This document shows, piece by piece, positions 24,501 through 36,916 of a stretch of DNA of 64,000 nucleotides. Origin of the DNA: Macrostomum lignano (taxonomy: Eukaryota); assembly GCA_002269645.1 (NCBI GenBank), contig NIVC01000977.1, forward strand, positions 186,001 to 250,000, written 5' to 3'. The notes below the pieces were generated by a model that was not told where the DNA came from, made no database searches, and saw nothing but the letters and a program-made list of their open reading frames with translations. Position numbers and translations under genes: made by a program. Position 1 is the first letter of the stretch. The number at the start of each line of letters is the position of its first letter.

Positions 24501-25861
24501 TTCCGTGTGTTCTTTACCCTCTCTTTCTGTGTGTTCTTTACCCTCTTCTTTCCATGTGTTCTTTACCCTCTCCTTCTGTGTGTTCTTTACCCTCTCCTTC
24601 CGTGTGTTCTTTACCCTCTCCTTCCGTGTGTTCCCCACCCTATCCTTCCGTGTCTTCTTCACCCTCTCCTTCTGTGTTCTTTACCCTCTCCTGTGTTCTT
24701 TACCCTCTCCTTCCGTGTGTTCTTTACCCTCTCCTTCCGTGTGTTCCCCACCCTATCCTTCCGTGTCTTCTTCACCCTCTCCTTCTGTGTTCTTTACCCT
24801 CTCCTGTGTTCTTTACCCTCTCCTGTGTTCTTTACCCTCTCCTTCCGTGTGTTCCTCACCCTATCCTTCCGTGTCTTCTTCACCCTCTCCTTCTGTGTGT
24901 TCTTTACCCTCTCCTTCCATGAATTATTTACCCTCTCCTTCTGTGTGTATTTTCTTTACCCTCTCCTTCCGTGTCCTATTCAACCTCTTAATTGCGGTTA
25001 ATTAATGATTTCCAATTTGTAAACTGACTGTTTATTTACATTAAATACTTCAGTCCGAGCCTGTCTACCAATACGACTTCGGTTACCATGGCTACCAGCA
25101 GATGTTCGGCCCTCAGCAGCCGCAGCATCAGCGATTTGCCACCTATGATTATTTAGCTCAGCCGCAGCCGTACCCGCACTTGCCAGTCTTTGGCTATCGC
25201 GGCGGCGGCTACGGCGTCGGCCGGGGTGGTCGCGGCGGCCGCGGCGGCGGTCGAGGCCGAGGCAGAGGCGGCGGACAGCTTCGTGGAGAGAACGCCGGAT
25301 TTGGCAACAGCGCTGAGCTTCCCCAGAGTGTAAGTGTGGAAGAAATGGGGTCGAATTTTTCAGCCCAACCTCCAGGCCTTTCAGTAGACCCTAGCTGACC
25401 TTCAGGTCCTTCAGTAGACACTAGTTGACCTTCAGGTCCTTCAGTAGACACTAGTTGACCTTCAGGTCCTTCAGTAGACACTAGTTGACCTTCAGGTCCT
25501 TCAGTAGACACTAGTTGACCTTCAGGTCCTTCAGTAGACCCTAGCTGACCTTCAGGTCCTTCAGTAGACACTAGCTGACCTACAGGTCCTTCAGTAGACC
25601 CATGTTGACCTTCAGGTCCTTCAGTAGACCCTAGCTGACCTTCAGGTCCTTCAGTAGACCCTAGTTGACCTTCAGGTCCTTCAGTAGACCCTAGTTGACC
25701 TTCAGGTCCTTCAGTAAACCCTTGTTGACCTTCAGGTCTTTCAGCACACCATTTTGGGTCTGAGCCTCTGATCCTACATAGTAAATATGTAAATTTATTC
25801 CTAATCAACTACCCTGAATTTTCAGGCTTCTCAGACCGATGCCGAGCAAACAACGGTGTAA
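18506..25861 (+). CDS. Y-box cold-shock domain RNA-binding protein, about 285 aa
   Basis: join(18506..18599,23731..24182,25054..25329,25826..25861), phases consistent. KEKTVL|[39 protein letters not shown]; RGG-rich C-terminus. Confidence 0.93.
19047..19315. mobile_element. Old, hypermutated hAT MITE (same family as 20769-21057)
   Basis: TIRs TATACATGCACAAC / GTTGCGCATGTATG; flanks ATTAATTT and AATAATTT (7/8). Confidence 0.8.
19682..20538. mobile_element. Non-autonomous hAT element, copy 2 (857 bp)
   Basis: TIR CAGTGTTGGGCACC; 8-bp TSD CTTATAAA (19674-19681, 20539-20546). Confidence 0.94.
20769..21057. mobile_element. Young 289-bp hAT MITE
   Basis: Perfect 14-bp TIR CATACATGCGCAAC; perfect 8-bp TSD ATAGCATG (20761-20768, 21058-21065); CpGs retained. 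Confidence 0.93.
22965..23648. repeat. 44-bp minisatellite at the 3' end of Y-box intron 1
   Basis: CCCATGGTCAGCTGGGATCCACAAATCACAGAATCCCATGATCT, about 15 copies. Confidence 0.95.
24215..24975. repeat. 24-bp pyrimidine-rich minisatellite in Y-box intron 2
   Basis: GTGTGTTCTTTACCCTCTCCTTCC units. Confidence 0.95.
25372..25745. repeat. 30-bp minisatellite in Y-box intron 3
   Basis: CTTCAGGTCCTTCAGTAGACACTAGTTGAC, about 12 copies. Confidence 0.95.
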
Positions 25862-28800
25862 CAGGATGTAATCCAAGCCTCAGACAGGCAGACAGTGGCT
25901 ATTTATATATGCTTGTTAATTATCCGATTGCTGCTGCTGCTAGACCTTAGATTTCTTTAATAGTTAAATTTTGGTGCGGCATTGCATTTGTCTCTATAAC
26001 TTCATTTTGACGCGTAACAGCGACAGAGACGACTACAAGCTCACACATAAGTAACGCATGTTGCATCCCTAACTGTTTTTTGTTTTTATTACACACAAGG
26101 ACTACTCAATTAAGAAGTCGGGAAACTAGGTTTCTAGGATAATTCTAGGAGGCATTGCATTACGGAGATGATAATGATAATGGTAATGGCTTTTAGGCGC
26201 AGGACGTGTACGTAGGATATAAAATTAACATAGAATCCTAATTTTCTGAACGCAAATCTTTATGAATATCGATAGATCAATAAGAAAGGCACAACATATT
26301 AAAATATAAACATTGGTTCTGCCTTCTATCGAAAGTAGTAACATATTTTGTGCTGAAAAAATGAATACTTGCTATCTCCGTAGTGTACTTTTTCAGAAAA
26401 ATACTCGTCTCTTAAAATTTTCCTAGAAATGTAGTTTTCGTCTTTTTACTTGAGTATTCCTTGATTACACAATGCTGCTGGATTCACTCTGTCATTTTGC
26501 TCAACTTCTGTTCGAGACAGGCGTACAATGTTTTAATAGTGATCCAGCCTTTCCTGTTCTGCCTCATTGTATTTTTTTTTTGTCCTCTTTATTTTAGTTT
26601 TGGCCTTCCCAACCCCCTGTTGGCGCTGCTGTCAATTTAGTCGTTTAGTTAATTACAGCTTAATAAGGTGATATTTATCTTAACAAACTACTGTCGCTAG
26701 TTGAGTAGTAGGTGGCTATGTTTGTTCGTTACTTTAGGGTTCGGTCTGCCAAGCCTCCTGTCCGACCTCTTCTCAACTCTCCCCTCGCCTCATCATTTCT
26801 TTTCCTTGATGTAAAAACAATTTTGCCAACCCCAACTTGAGCTGATATCTTGAAAAATTCTCAAGCCCTTAACGACCGAAACCTAACCCTGAACCCCTAG
26901 AGTTGCGCAGCGATTAAGTTTTAAATTAAATAAATGAATAAATTATCTACCTTAATATTGTGTATCAATTTGTTTATTTAGTTCTGTTTACTTGTGTCTT
27001 AATTGATTAGTTATCCTAGCTATAACTCGCTAACTTGCCATTGTGGGGCGCTTTTATTTGTTTGTTTCATGTTAATTCTGTCATATCTGTGTGTTTATAT
27101 CTATTCATATATATGTGTAATAATTATCAGTTTATATTACTGCACTAATCATTATCATAAATCAGAAGGAACAAATCTGTAGCACCTTTATATCAATTGA
27201 TTTAATTCAACATATCGTCATTAAAATTAACAGCTGATTCTGATTCACGGTAGCTTATGTTAAAGTACATCGAAGTTGTCACGGACTCCGGAGTCGGCTG
27301 CTGTGCACTCACTCATTAATGGAATGATTTTTAAAATTATTTCACTAGAAGTCTTCGATTTTTGTGTTCAGAAATTTACTTTTTTTGTCCACGTATTGAA
27401 CAGGAATGCGTGCGCATGTACCTATTATTTATATATTTATTATATATTCTTATTCGATCAATCTTCCTTTGTATTTTGATTGCGCGATGCCTGTAATAAC
27501 AACATAGATATTTTTTCTAGCATTACTTCCTATTTTATTTGTTAACAAAGCCTGGCTTATTTACACTACTATGAGTAGTGCAGATTTTTTACACCGCATG
27601 CGGTTCAGTTTGCTCTGGCTTCTCTATTTTTACCGCCTTTTTACTAAAGTAAAAATTTAAGTTTTACTTATGTCAGAACCTGCTGATTTTTGTCATGTTA
27701 AGTTGGCATCTTTCAAAACATGAATTTGATTGCAGTGTGTCTATTTAGTTTCTAATGTAATCATTATTCTTTAACCTAAAAATTAAAAAAAGTAGCTAAA
27801 TGTTTTGTTTTAATGGCGTTGTCAATATTACTTGCGTATGATTAATTTAAGACTATAGTTACTTTAACACGTCTGTTGAATGTTTCTTTATGCTCAACGA
27901 AAACATTTTTACTTTTGTATGAAACTAATCCTACATAGTTGCTAACCCCTGTTTAGCTTGTTTGTTAAAATGATAATTTAATCCTTAATAAAATTCTTAG
28001 GTTTTTCAGTAACTCCATGTATATGCTAATATTTAGGCCACATTTATAGGATTGTGTTAATTTTATTGCTTCGAGTAGTTTCGCACATTTCAGCTAACAC
28101 GGCACTCATTAAAAGGTCCGCAATCAGCGTTATGATTGTTCAGGTTGTCATTTTTGTCATTCTTTTTGTTTTCTGTTTTCGATTGATTTTGCTGCAGCCA
28201 GCTGCTAATTTTCCTAGCTGTAGTCTCAATTTTGTGCTTTGGTGTGATTTCTTTCTGTTTGCAATTAATTTCAGCTTAAAATATAGAAAATTCATTGTTT
28301 TTGAAATTTATAACGTCTTTATAACGTGACCTTGTTTATTTCTGCTTTAAATACGAGCGGTCGTAAATAAAATTAGATAACAAATATTATTTAAATTAAT
28401 GCTACCCGTGGTGCTAATTGCCCAATATACTTGTTAATTACTTGTCAAGTCATTGCTAGATAACTATTTACATGCATATTCAAGGACGACTAAGTAGAAT
28501 AACCAAAAGAATTAGAGGCTAGGTTTGCGCGAAAAAATACGCAATAGAAATGCATGTAGAAACGAACTTGGTTGAAACAATTCATTTTCAACTTCAAGAA
28601 ATGAAGTTTACTGTCCTAAGGCTATATCAAGATACACAGAGATTGGTAATACATTACATTTCACATAACTGATTCGTAAATTTCTCAGTTGATACTAAAA
28701 TTGTAAATTCGTTAACTTATTTGTAGTACGCGCTAAAATCTACGTTTAAGTTAGGCAAATGGAGAAATCTATATTAAACCTGGAGCTTCTGTAGTGCCTT

Positions 28801-29210
28801 CTGTCTCTAAGGCATAAGTACGCTCGTAAACATCGACACGAGTAAAAGTAAATGAAAAATCGTTTTTCTTCTTCGTATACGCAACTACTTGCCTTTGTTT
28901 TTAAATATATATGTATACTAATTTCAACTTTGTATTTTTGACTCTAAAAAATAATTGCCTAATGAAGCAGCAGTTTCTTATACTGGGAGAGCAGAAAATT
29001 TAAATTACGATTATTGTGCATTTCGGAGTCGCTATACTCTCATCATCCATCATCATATTACTATTCTGCCGATTATTTGTGTGATTAAGAGACTGCTTGA
29101 GAAATAAACTATTATCAAATATTGAAGAATTTTTACTGTTCGAGAACTTGGTTTGGTAGAATATAGCAATTTGTTGTTTCAATTTTTATATTCCTTTAAT
29201 TAAAAGTAAA

Positions 29211-32200
29211 ATGGAGTGTTTAATTGGCATTCAGTTCAATGATTACGTTTTGCTAGCTGCTGATTGCAATGGAGGCCGATCAATTATTTCAATGAAGGAT
29301 GGTGAGTTTCTGAAATAACGATTTTTTATTTGCTTCTATGTTACAATATGAATCAATCAAATCTACATTAATCAAGACTTTTTAATGTTGGCATTTAATT
29401 CTTGTCTCTGCCATGCCATTAAGTAGGGCTGTTAGTATAGGACTGCAGTGAAATTTTAGAGTTATTTTTTAGTTATTTTTCATTTAAAAAATCTTAATTG
29501 CCTGAGTAAATGCTAAAAACACCTTAATTTTTAAAAATAGGCAAGCTTTTGTCTTTTGTAGTAGACAATAATCCAATCCAACATATTAAAGCTGGAATTG
29601 CTTATCCCCACAGTCCCATGTCAATAGTTCTAATTTATTCACATGGATCCATGTTGACAATTTTCAGCTTATCCCCATGGCAGCTTATTGTAATAGAAAA
29701 CCTTAAAATGAATTTGTTCAAAAACCATCTATTTATTTTCACTGTTTTACAAATCTTCCAAATAAACCACTGAATACTAAATAGTCCATAGTCCAGATCA
29801 TGCTAGGTGCATGCCTGTATAAAAATCAATAGTTACAAATGGTTCCGGCTGAAGTCGTCATATTCAAGATCGTCATCTGTAGCTTACAAGAAAAACAACT
29901 AAATTATCTAAATTGTCATCATCTTAGTATTGGACAATATTGCATTTACTGAATCGTCATATTGTGTTGCATTGGCTGTGCAAGGATCTTAGCTCATGGC
30001 GGCAGCGTGTTCTTGTTTGCCAACAAATAAAAACAATTCGCAGTATATAACTTAAGGCTTATTCAAACTACTATCAAATGAGAAATAAGCTATCAAAATC
30101 ATACAGTCAAATATAAAAAGCCAAAGGAATCAAATTAAATGAGTCTATCACTTAGAATGACCAAACAACCCTAAGATTGAGACATCAAATGGGATGTGCA
30201 AAATTCAAAATTCAAAGTATAATAATAATGATAATAATACTAATAATAATAATAAAATATCAATTTAATGTTAATACATAAAACTAAACACAAACAACTG
30301 CACAATCTTAGCCATGGGGATAAGCTGAAAATTATCAATATGGATCTGTGTAGATAAAATTGGATTGATTGGAATTATTGACATTGGACCCATGGGGATA
30401 AGCACTTATATTAAAAAGCTTACATACTTACTAACTATAGCCAACAAAGCTAGGCCTAACTAATAACTTGCTAAAAAAGTTTAAAAAATGATTTTTTGAA
30501 AATTTCAAGTTTATTTATAAGTACAACTATAAAAAATGAAAACTCTCAATATATATACCACTGTTAAGAACTGGTGGCTTATATCATATGCCTTATCCTA
30601 TAGTCCAGATCATGTTGAGTGTATACCTGAATGCTCTAAACCAATGTATGCCAGTGCCAAGTAGATGCATGCCAGTGCCAAGTAGATATATGCTAGTGCC
30701 AAGTAGATATATGCCAATGCCAAGCAAAAGCATGCCAAACTAATGTTATAAAAAACATGCATTTTTATGTTTTAAAATGCATTTCAAAAAAGTCTTCAAC
30801 ATTTTTAAGAACTTTTGTAGCATGCAAATATACAATGTGTCTTTTTGGCACATTAAAATTTACTTGTTAATTTCCCTATTGGAATAAGTGGTATTTTCGC
30901 GGACGGCGTCCGGCGCACTTTTTCTTTTTCCTCATAGTCATGGCGCATGGCGCGCTACGCGCGCCATGCGCCATGACGCACAGCAGCTCACAGGTAAGAT
31001 GCAAGGAGGACATCACGCGCTACATACAGCGCTGCTGAACAAGGATGAGAAGCATGCACAGGAGAAAGTCAGCAGCACGGTGGAAATTCAGCAAACTGTA
31101 AGTAAAACTTGTTTTTCTAATTTCTATAACTTTGATAATATTGCTATGGGCTATAGTATAGCATATCTCCTATCATATGTATTGATTGTTGTGTCATCTA
31201 GAATATGCATGCAAGTTAATTGTAAAATTGGAAATTGTAGTTGAAAGATCGTAGCAGAAATGTTCTTTATTGCCTCATAAACATTATAACATAGTGCCAA
31301 ATGCTAATTGCTCTTAATGTTCTCTTATAACGCAGTTGCAAGAAATAAAAAAGTAAACTAAATTCTATTAAAAGTCTCAACAAATTTTCTGCTTTGTTTA
31401 ATTATCTTTTTGATTGGTTGCGTGTACATTTATTTATGCTGACATTTAAATGTGAAAATATTCTTCGAAACACCATGCTAAATAGTTATCAGATTTGATA
31501 ACCCGACCCGAGCCAAAGTGCTACAACTACTACTGAAAAAGTGTGTGGATAAGGCAAAGACAATTTTCTCTCAATCTCTTTAAATCTCTCAAAAACGAGT
31601 GATGCATCATCAGAATGAACATGATAGAGACTGGAGTCATGCACAATATCACCTAAACCTAGAGTGCTATGGCACCCTAGGATTTGAAGATTTGAATGAC
31701 ACATCGTCCATACCACCTTAGGATTTGAAGATTGTCATGACGCACCGTCCAGGCCACTTTATGATTGCCATGGCGCACTAGATGCACTGTCCACAGTGTC
31801 TGAAAACTTATTCCAATAGGGGTTAATTTGCAATAAAAATAAAAATGAAATTATGTCTTTATAATAGCATGTATTTTCACAAACTTTTGTCTCAACAAAA
31901 CATGCCCTACTATTATGCCAGGCCACATTCTATGCCAGCTATTCCCTGCCATAGCATGCTAATGTGCCACTTTTGACATGCAATACCCAAATACATGCCA
32001 ATGCATGCTACAGTTTTTAGGCCAAACTATGTATACCTTCCGGACTATATGCCATATCTAGCATGCTTGAATGATAAATCTTATTAAAATTCTATTTAGC
32101 ATATAGAAAAAATCCTTGCATTGTATAGCATGAAAAAAAGGCAAACAACAAAGCAATTATACCATAAATTTGAAGATAAAATATGTCTATCTAATTGGGT

Positions 32201-35200
32201 CTATTTGTCTTTTTGAAATGTTTTATGCTTAAATAAATTGTTGATTATCTTATATATCATTGCAATAGTCTCAAGGTTTAGGTTATCTTATCTCTATATT
32301 CTTTTAGCTTTTTTTGATTATTCTCAAATGTTTCTTAAATGCTACATATTTGTATATTTGCTATCACAAATTGGCATATTAACATAACTTTATTATAGAC
32401 CCTAATCAGGGTTTAGAATTTTTTGGCATACTTGGTATATACCTAAACTTTTGCCTAAAAACTTTAACATACTAACAGTGGTATATATATATATCACTAT
32501 GTATATAACTGCCATCCCAGAAAATTTTCTAATTGAATAGTGCATATTCAAAGAAAATCATTTAAGCCATTTTTTCTCTAATTGATCATATAGTCTCTAT
32601 AGATACCTACTTACCTACCTACTAACAGACCATTTTTAGTATACAAGGGATGTCAAAAAGTAATGATAATTTTGCTATAATGCTTTAAATATAAGAGGTA
32701 TTGAAGTGCAACTGATTTTATTTGAAAAATATAATTTGTTCTTTATTTGACAGAATTTTGATTCTAAAGTGATTGATGTCTGCATAGTAATGTTCTAATC
32801 ATAGTATACCCTTTCAGCAATGAAAAAAAAATTAAAGCTTGCAATAATGTGTACTTTCCAACACACACCAAATCCAACCATTTAATGCTAGATTCAGGCT
32901 TTTGAGGAAGGATGAAAGTATGTGGAAGATGCCCAGCAGTTGGGAAAGCCTACAACATTGTGCACAAAAAATATTGCAGCTGTTTAGCAGATGATTAAGC
33001 AGGATTGGCATGTGACCATAGATAATATTGCTGACCAAGTGGACATCTCTTATGGCCATGCTCACTCTATTGTGATGCACTGTCTTGGTCTGAATAAGCA
33101 GAGTCTGCACCATCAACCTGCTGAACTACTTATATGCTGATTCGGAAAACTTTTATTAGCACTTAGTGACTGGGGATGAAACATAGATATTTTAGTACAA
33201 TCCCAAGTCCAAGGTCCAATCCAAGGAATGGCTGCCATGAGGATCAGCAGGCCCCAAGAAGTTCTATGCCGAATGGTCTATAGCAAAAGTCTTAGTGACC
33301 ATCTTCTGGGATGTTGAGGGAATGGTGATGGTGGTTGGTGGACTTCTTAGAAAGCCAGAACTCCATCAATACTGCCTATTGTAAGTTGTTTCTATGAAAG
33401 CTCCACTCTGAACTGGCCAAAAAGTGACCTGGCAAGCTGCACCCTGGTATTCTCTTTTGCCACGACAATGCACCAGCTCATACTTCTCAGTTCTGTCATG
33501 AAGCCTTATGAAATTTCTGCTGGGAAATCCTATAGCATCCTCCATATAGCCTTGATTTGGCTCCTTTGGACTTTTTTGTTTCCCAAGCTAAAGAAAGCAA
33601 TCAAAGAAGCTGCCAAAAGGCTATTGTAAGCGGCTTGCTGCATAGCCTCCCGAGTTCTACACAAACAGCCTAGAGAGATGGCAATACCACATGGAAAAGT
33701 GCCTGACCCTGACCCTGGAGGGGACTATGTAGAAAAGTAGATTACTGTTTTAAGTTTGACACTTGTGAGAACAAAATTATCATTACTTTTTGACTACTTG
33801 GCCTTGCAACTAAATTTATACACTATTTCTGTTTATATATTAACCCTATATTAACCCTTGCTTAAAGATTTCTAATCTAATCTTTATATTTAATCTTGAA
33901 TAATTAGTATATACATAATCAACAGCATAGTCAAATTTTTTCAATGTAAATATATTTTTTATCTAATTAATCATCAATTTTAAATTGAATTTGTTAAGGT
34001 TATTTAATATGGCTATGTCTAGTGTCTCAATCTAATGAACTTTGGTGCTGCTTCAAGTTTAATGCATATTTCCTAGAAAACTTGGTATAATGTGCACTTT
34101 GTTAAAACACATGTAGAGATCTAGGTCTAGGTCATATTTATGCATATTCAATTTTAATTCTGTAGCAAAATGTAATAAAGTTTAATCTCAACTAGAGTTC
34201 TTAATCTCATTTTGGTATTGAAGTTATTGTACTATTGGCCTGTGTTTTGCCTTGGGTCATGAAAAACAGACATTATTTATACACAGAACTATATAGAGAT
34301 GGTATGAGGTAGAAACCAACTATACATCATTTGAATCCTGTCTGACCCCTCCTAGATGTGGACAAAAATGTTTCGCCTATCGGAGCGACTGGCCATCATT
34401 GTGAGCGGCGAGAGCGGAGACACAAATAAATTCGCCGAATTCATCGAGCAGAATGTGCAATTGTATAAGATTCGTCACGGCTACGAATTGTCGCCCTACG
34501 CGGCGGCTAATTTTACTCGGCGAAATCAGGCGCAGAGTCTGCGCTCCCGTTCGCCTTATTTTGTTAACATGCTGCTAGCGGGATTCGATGCCAATAAGGG
34601 CCAGCCTGAGCTCTATTACCTGGACTACCTGGGCAGCCTGATGAAGCTGCCTTTCTCTGTTATTGGCTATGGCGGGTACATGTCACTGTCTGTGCTGGAC
34701 AGGTGCGTGTTTTGTAATATCTTATTATTCTTTGCTAGTTTGTCAGATTTGTTTGGCCTTTGGATCTTCAGGTAGGGTTGTAGCTATTTTACTCAGGATC
34801 TTTGAGTAGGGTTGTAATCATTTTCTTCAGGATCTTCAGGTAGGGTTGTAGCTATTTTACTCAGGATCTTTGAGTAGGGTTGTAATCATTTTCTTCAGGA
34901 TCTTCAGGTAGGGTTGTAGCTATTTTACTCAGGATCTTTGAGTAGGGTTGTAATCATTTTCTTCAGGATCTTCAGGTAGGGTTGTAGCTATTTTACTCAG
35001 GATCTTTGAGTAGGGTTGTAATCATTTTCTTCAGGATCTTCAGGTAGGGTTGTAGCTATTTTACTCAGGATCTTTGAGTAGGGTTGTAATCATTTTCTTC
35101 AGGATCTTCAGGTAGGGTTGTAGCTATTTTACTCAGGATCTTTGAGTAGGGTTGTAATCATTTTCTTCAGGATCTTCAGGTAGGGTTGTAGCTATTTTAC

Positions 35201-36916
35201 TCAGGATCTTTGAGTAGGGTTGTAATCATTTTCTTCAGGATCTTCAGGTAGGGTTGTAGCTATTTTACTCAGGATCTTTGAGTAGGGTTGTAATCATTTT
35301 CTTCAGGATCTTCAGGTAGGGTTGTAGCTATTTTACTCAGGATCTTTGAGTAGGGTTGTAATCATTTTCTTCAGGATCTTCAGGTAGGGTTGTAGCTATT
35401 TTACTCAGGATCTTTGAGTAGGGTTGTAATCATTTTCTTCAGGATCTTCAGGTAGAGTTGTAGCTATTTTACTCAGGATCTTTGAGTAGGGTTGTAATCA
35501 TTTTCTTCAGGATCTTCAGGTAGGGTTGTAGCTATTTTACTCAGGATCTTTGAGTAGGGTTGTAATCATTTTCTTCAGGATCTTCAGGTAGGGTTGTAGC
35601 TATTTTACTCAGGATCTTTGAGTAGGGTTGTAATCATTTTCTTCAGGATCTTCAGGTAGGGTTGTAGCTATTTTACTCAGGATCTTTGAGTAGGGTTGTA
35701 ATCATTTTCTTCAGGATCTTCAGGTAGGGTTGTAGCTATTTTACTCAGGATCTTTGAGTAGGGTTGTAATCATTTTCTTCAGGATCTTCAGGTAGGGTTG
35801 TAGCTATTTTACTCAGGATCTTTGAGTAGGGTTGTAATCATTTTCTTCAGGATCTTCAGGTAGGGTTGTAGCTATTTTACTCAGGATCTTTGAGTAGGGT
35901 TGTAATCATTTTCTTCAGGATCTTCAGGTAGGGTTGTAGCTATTTTACTCAGGATCTTTGAGTAGGGTTGTAATCATTTTCTTCAGGATCTTCAGGTAGG
36001 GTTGTAGCTATTTTACTCAGGATCTTTGAGTAGGGTTGTAATCATTTTCTTCAGGATCTTCAGGTAGAGTTGTAGCTATTTTACTCAGGATCTTTGAGTA
36101 GGGTTGTAATCATTTTCTTCAGGATCTTCAGGTAGGGTTGTAGCTATTTTACTCAGGATCTTTGAGTAGGGTTGTAATCATTTTCTTCAGGATCTTCAGG
36201 TAGGGTTGTAGCTATTTTACTCAGGATCTTTGAGTAGGGTTGTAATCATTTTCTTCAGGATCTTCAGGTAGGGTTGTAGCTATTTTACTCAGGATCTTTG
36301 AGTAGGGTTGTAATCATTTTCTTCAGGATCTTCAGGTAGGGTTGTAGCTATTTTACTCAGGATCTTTGAGTAGGGTTGTAATCATTTTCTTCAGGATCTT
36401 CAGGTAGGGTTGTAGCTATTCTCCTCAGGATCTTCAGGTAGGATTGTAGCTATTCTCCTCAGGATCTTCAGGTAGGGTTGTAGCTATTCTCCTCAGGATC
36501 TTCAGGTAGGGTTGTAGCTATTCTCCTCAGGATCTTCAGGTAGGGTTGTAGCCATTTTACTCAGGATCTTTGAGTAGGGTTGTAATCATTTTCTTCAGGA
36601 TCTTCAGGTAGGGTTGTAGCTATTCTCCTCAGGATCTTCAGGTAGGGTTGTAGCTATTGCTTTCAGGTAGGGTTGCAGCTATTCCCTTCAGGTAGGGTTG
36701 CAGCCATTCCCTTCAGCTGATCCACTCGCCCCCCTTAATCCCAGGCACTACCGACCGGACATGGCTGAGGCGGACGGCATCCGCCTATTGCGCACAGTGA
36801 TCAGCGAAATCCAGAAGCGCCTGGTGATCAGCCTGTCCAAATTTCGTGTACACCGCGTGGATTGCAAGGGGGTCACCCAGCTGGACGACATCGAAAGCAA
36901 GCTGGTTACGCCTTGA
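29211..36916 (+). CDS. PSMB2: Proteasome subunit beta type-2
   Basis: join(29211..29301,34356..34702,36745..36916). [55 protein letters not shown] match the family. One extra A in the run at 34363-34367 breaks the frame as given. Confidence 0.95.
29599..30404. mobile_element. Foldback/MITE-like element with ~85-95-bp inverted arms
   Basis: 29599-29681 is the reverse complement of 30311-30404, apart from transitions and one indel; each arm starts and ends with GCTTATCCCCA. No TSD identified. Confidence 0.75.
30871..31822. mobile_element. piggyBac-like non-autonomous element
   Basis: Perfect 16-bp IR CCCTATTGGAATAAGT (30874-30889, 31806-31821); TTAA on both sides (30867-30870, 31823-31826); left junction slightly degenerate. 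Confidence 0.65.
32644..33806 (+). mobile_element. Decayed mariner (Tc1/mariner) transposon in PSMB2 intron 1
   Basis: IR core GTCAAAAAGTAATGATAATTTTG at both ends. Transposase remnants [42 protein letters not shown], with many stops and frameshifts. Confidence 0.92.
34762..36720. repeat. 68-bp higher-order repeat (two alternating 34-bp monomers) filling PSMB2 intron 2
   Basis: A: CAGGATCTTCAGGTAGGGTTGTAGCTATTTTACT; B: CAGGATCTTTGAGTAGGGTTGTAATCATTTTCTT. About 24 near-identical AB units, then A-type monomers after about 36410. Confidence 0.96.

Noticed and set aside
23773-25005. Several 240-410-aa ORFs overlapping the Y-box gene
   Set aside because: Alternative frames through the 24-bp intronic repeat.
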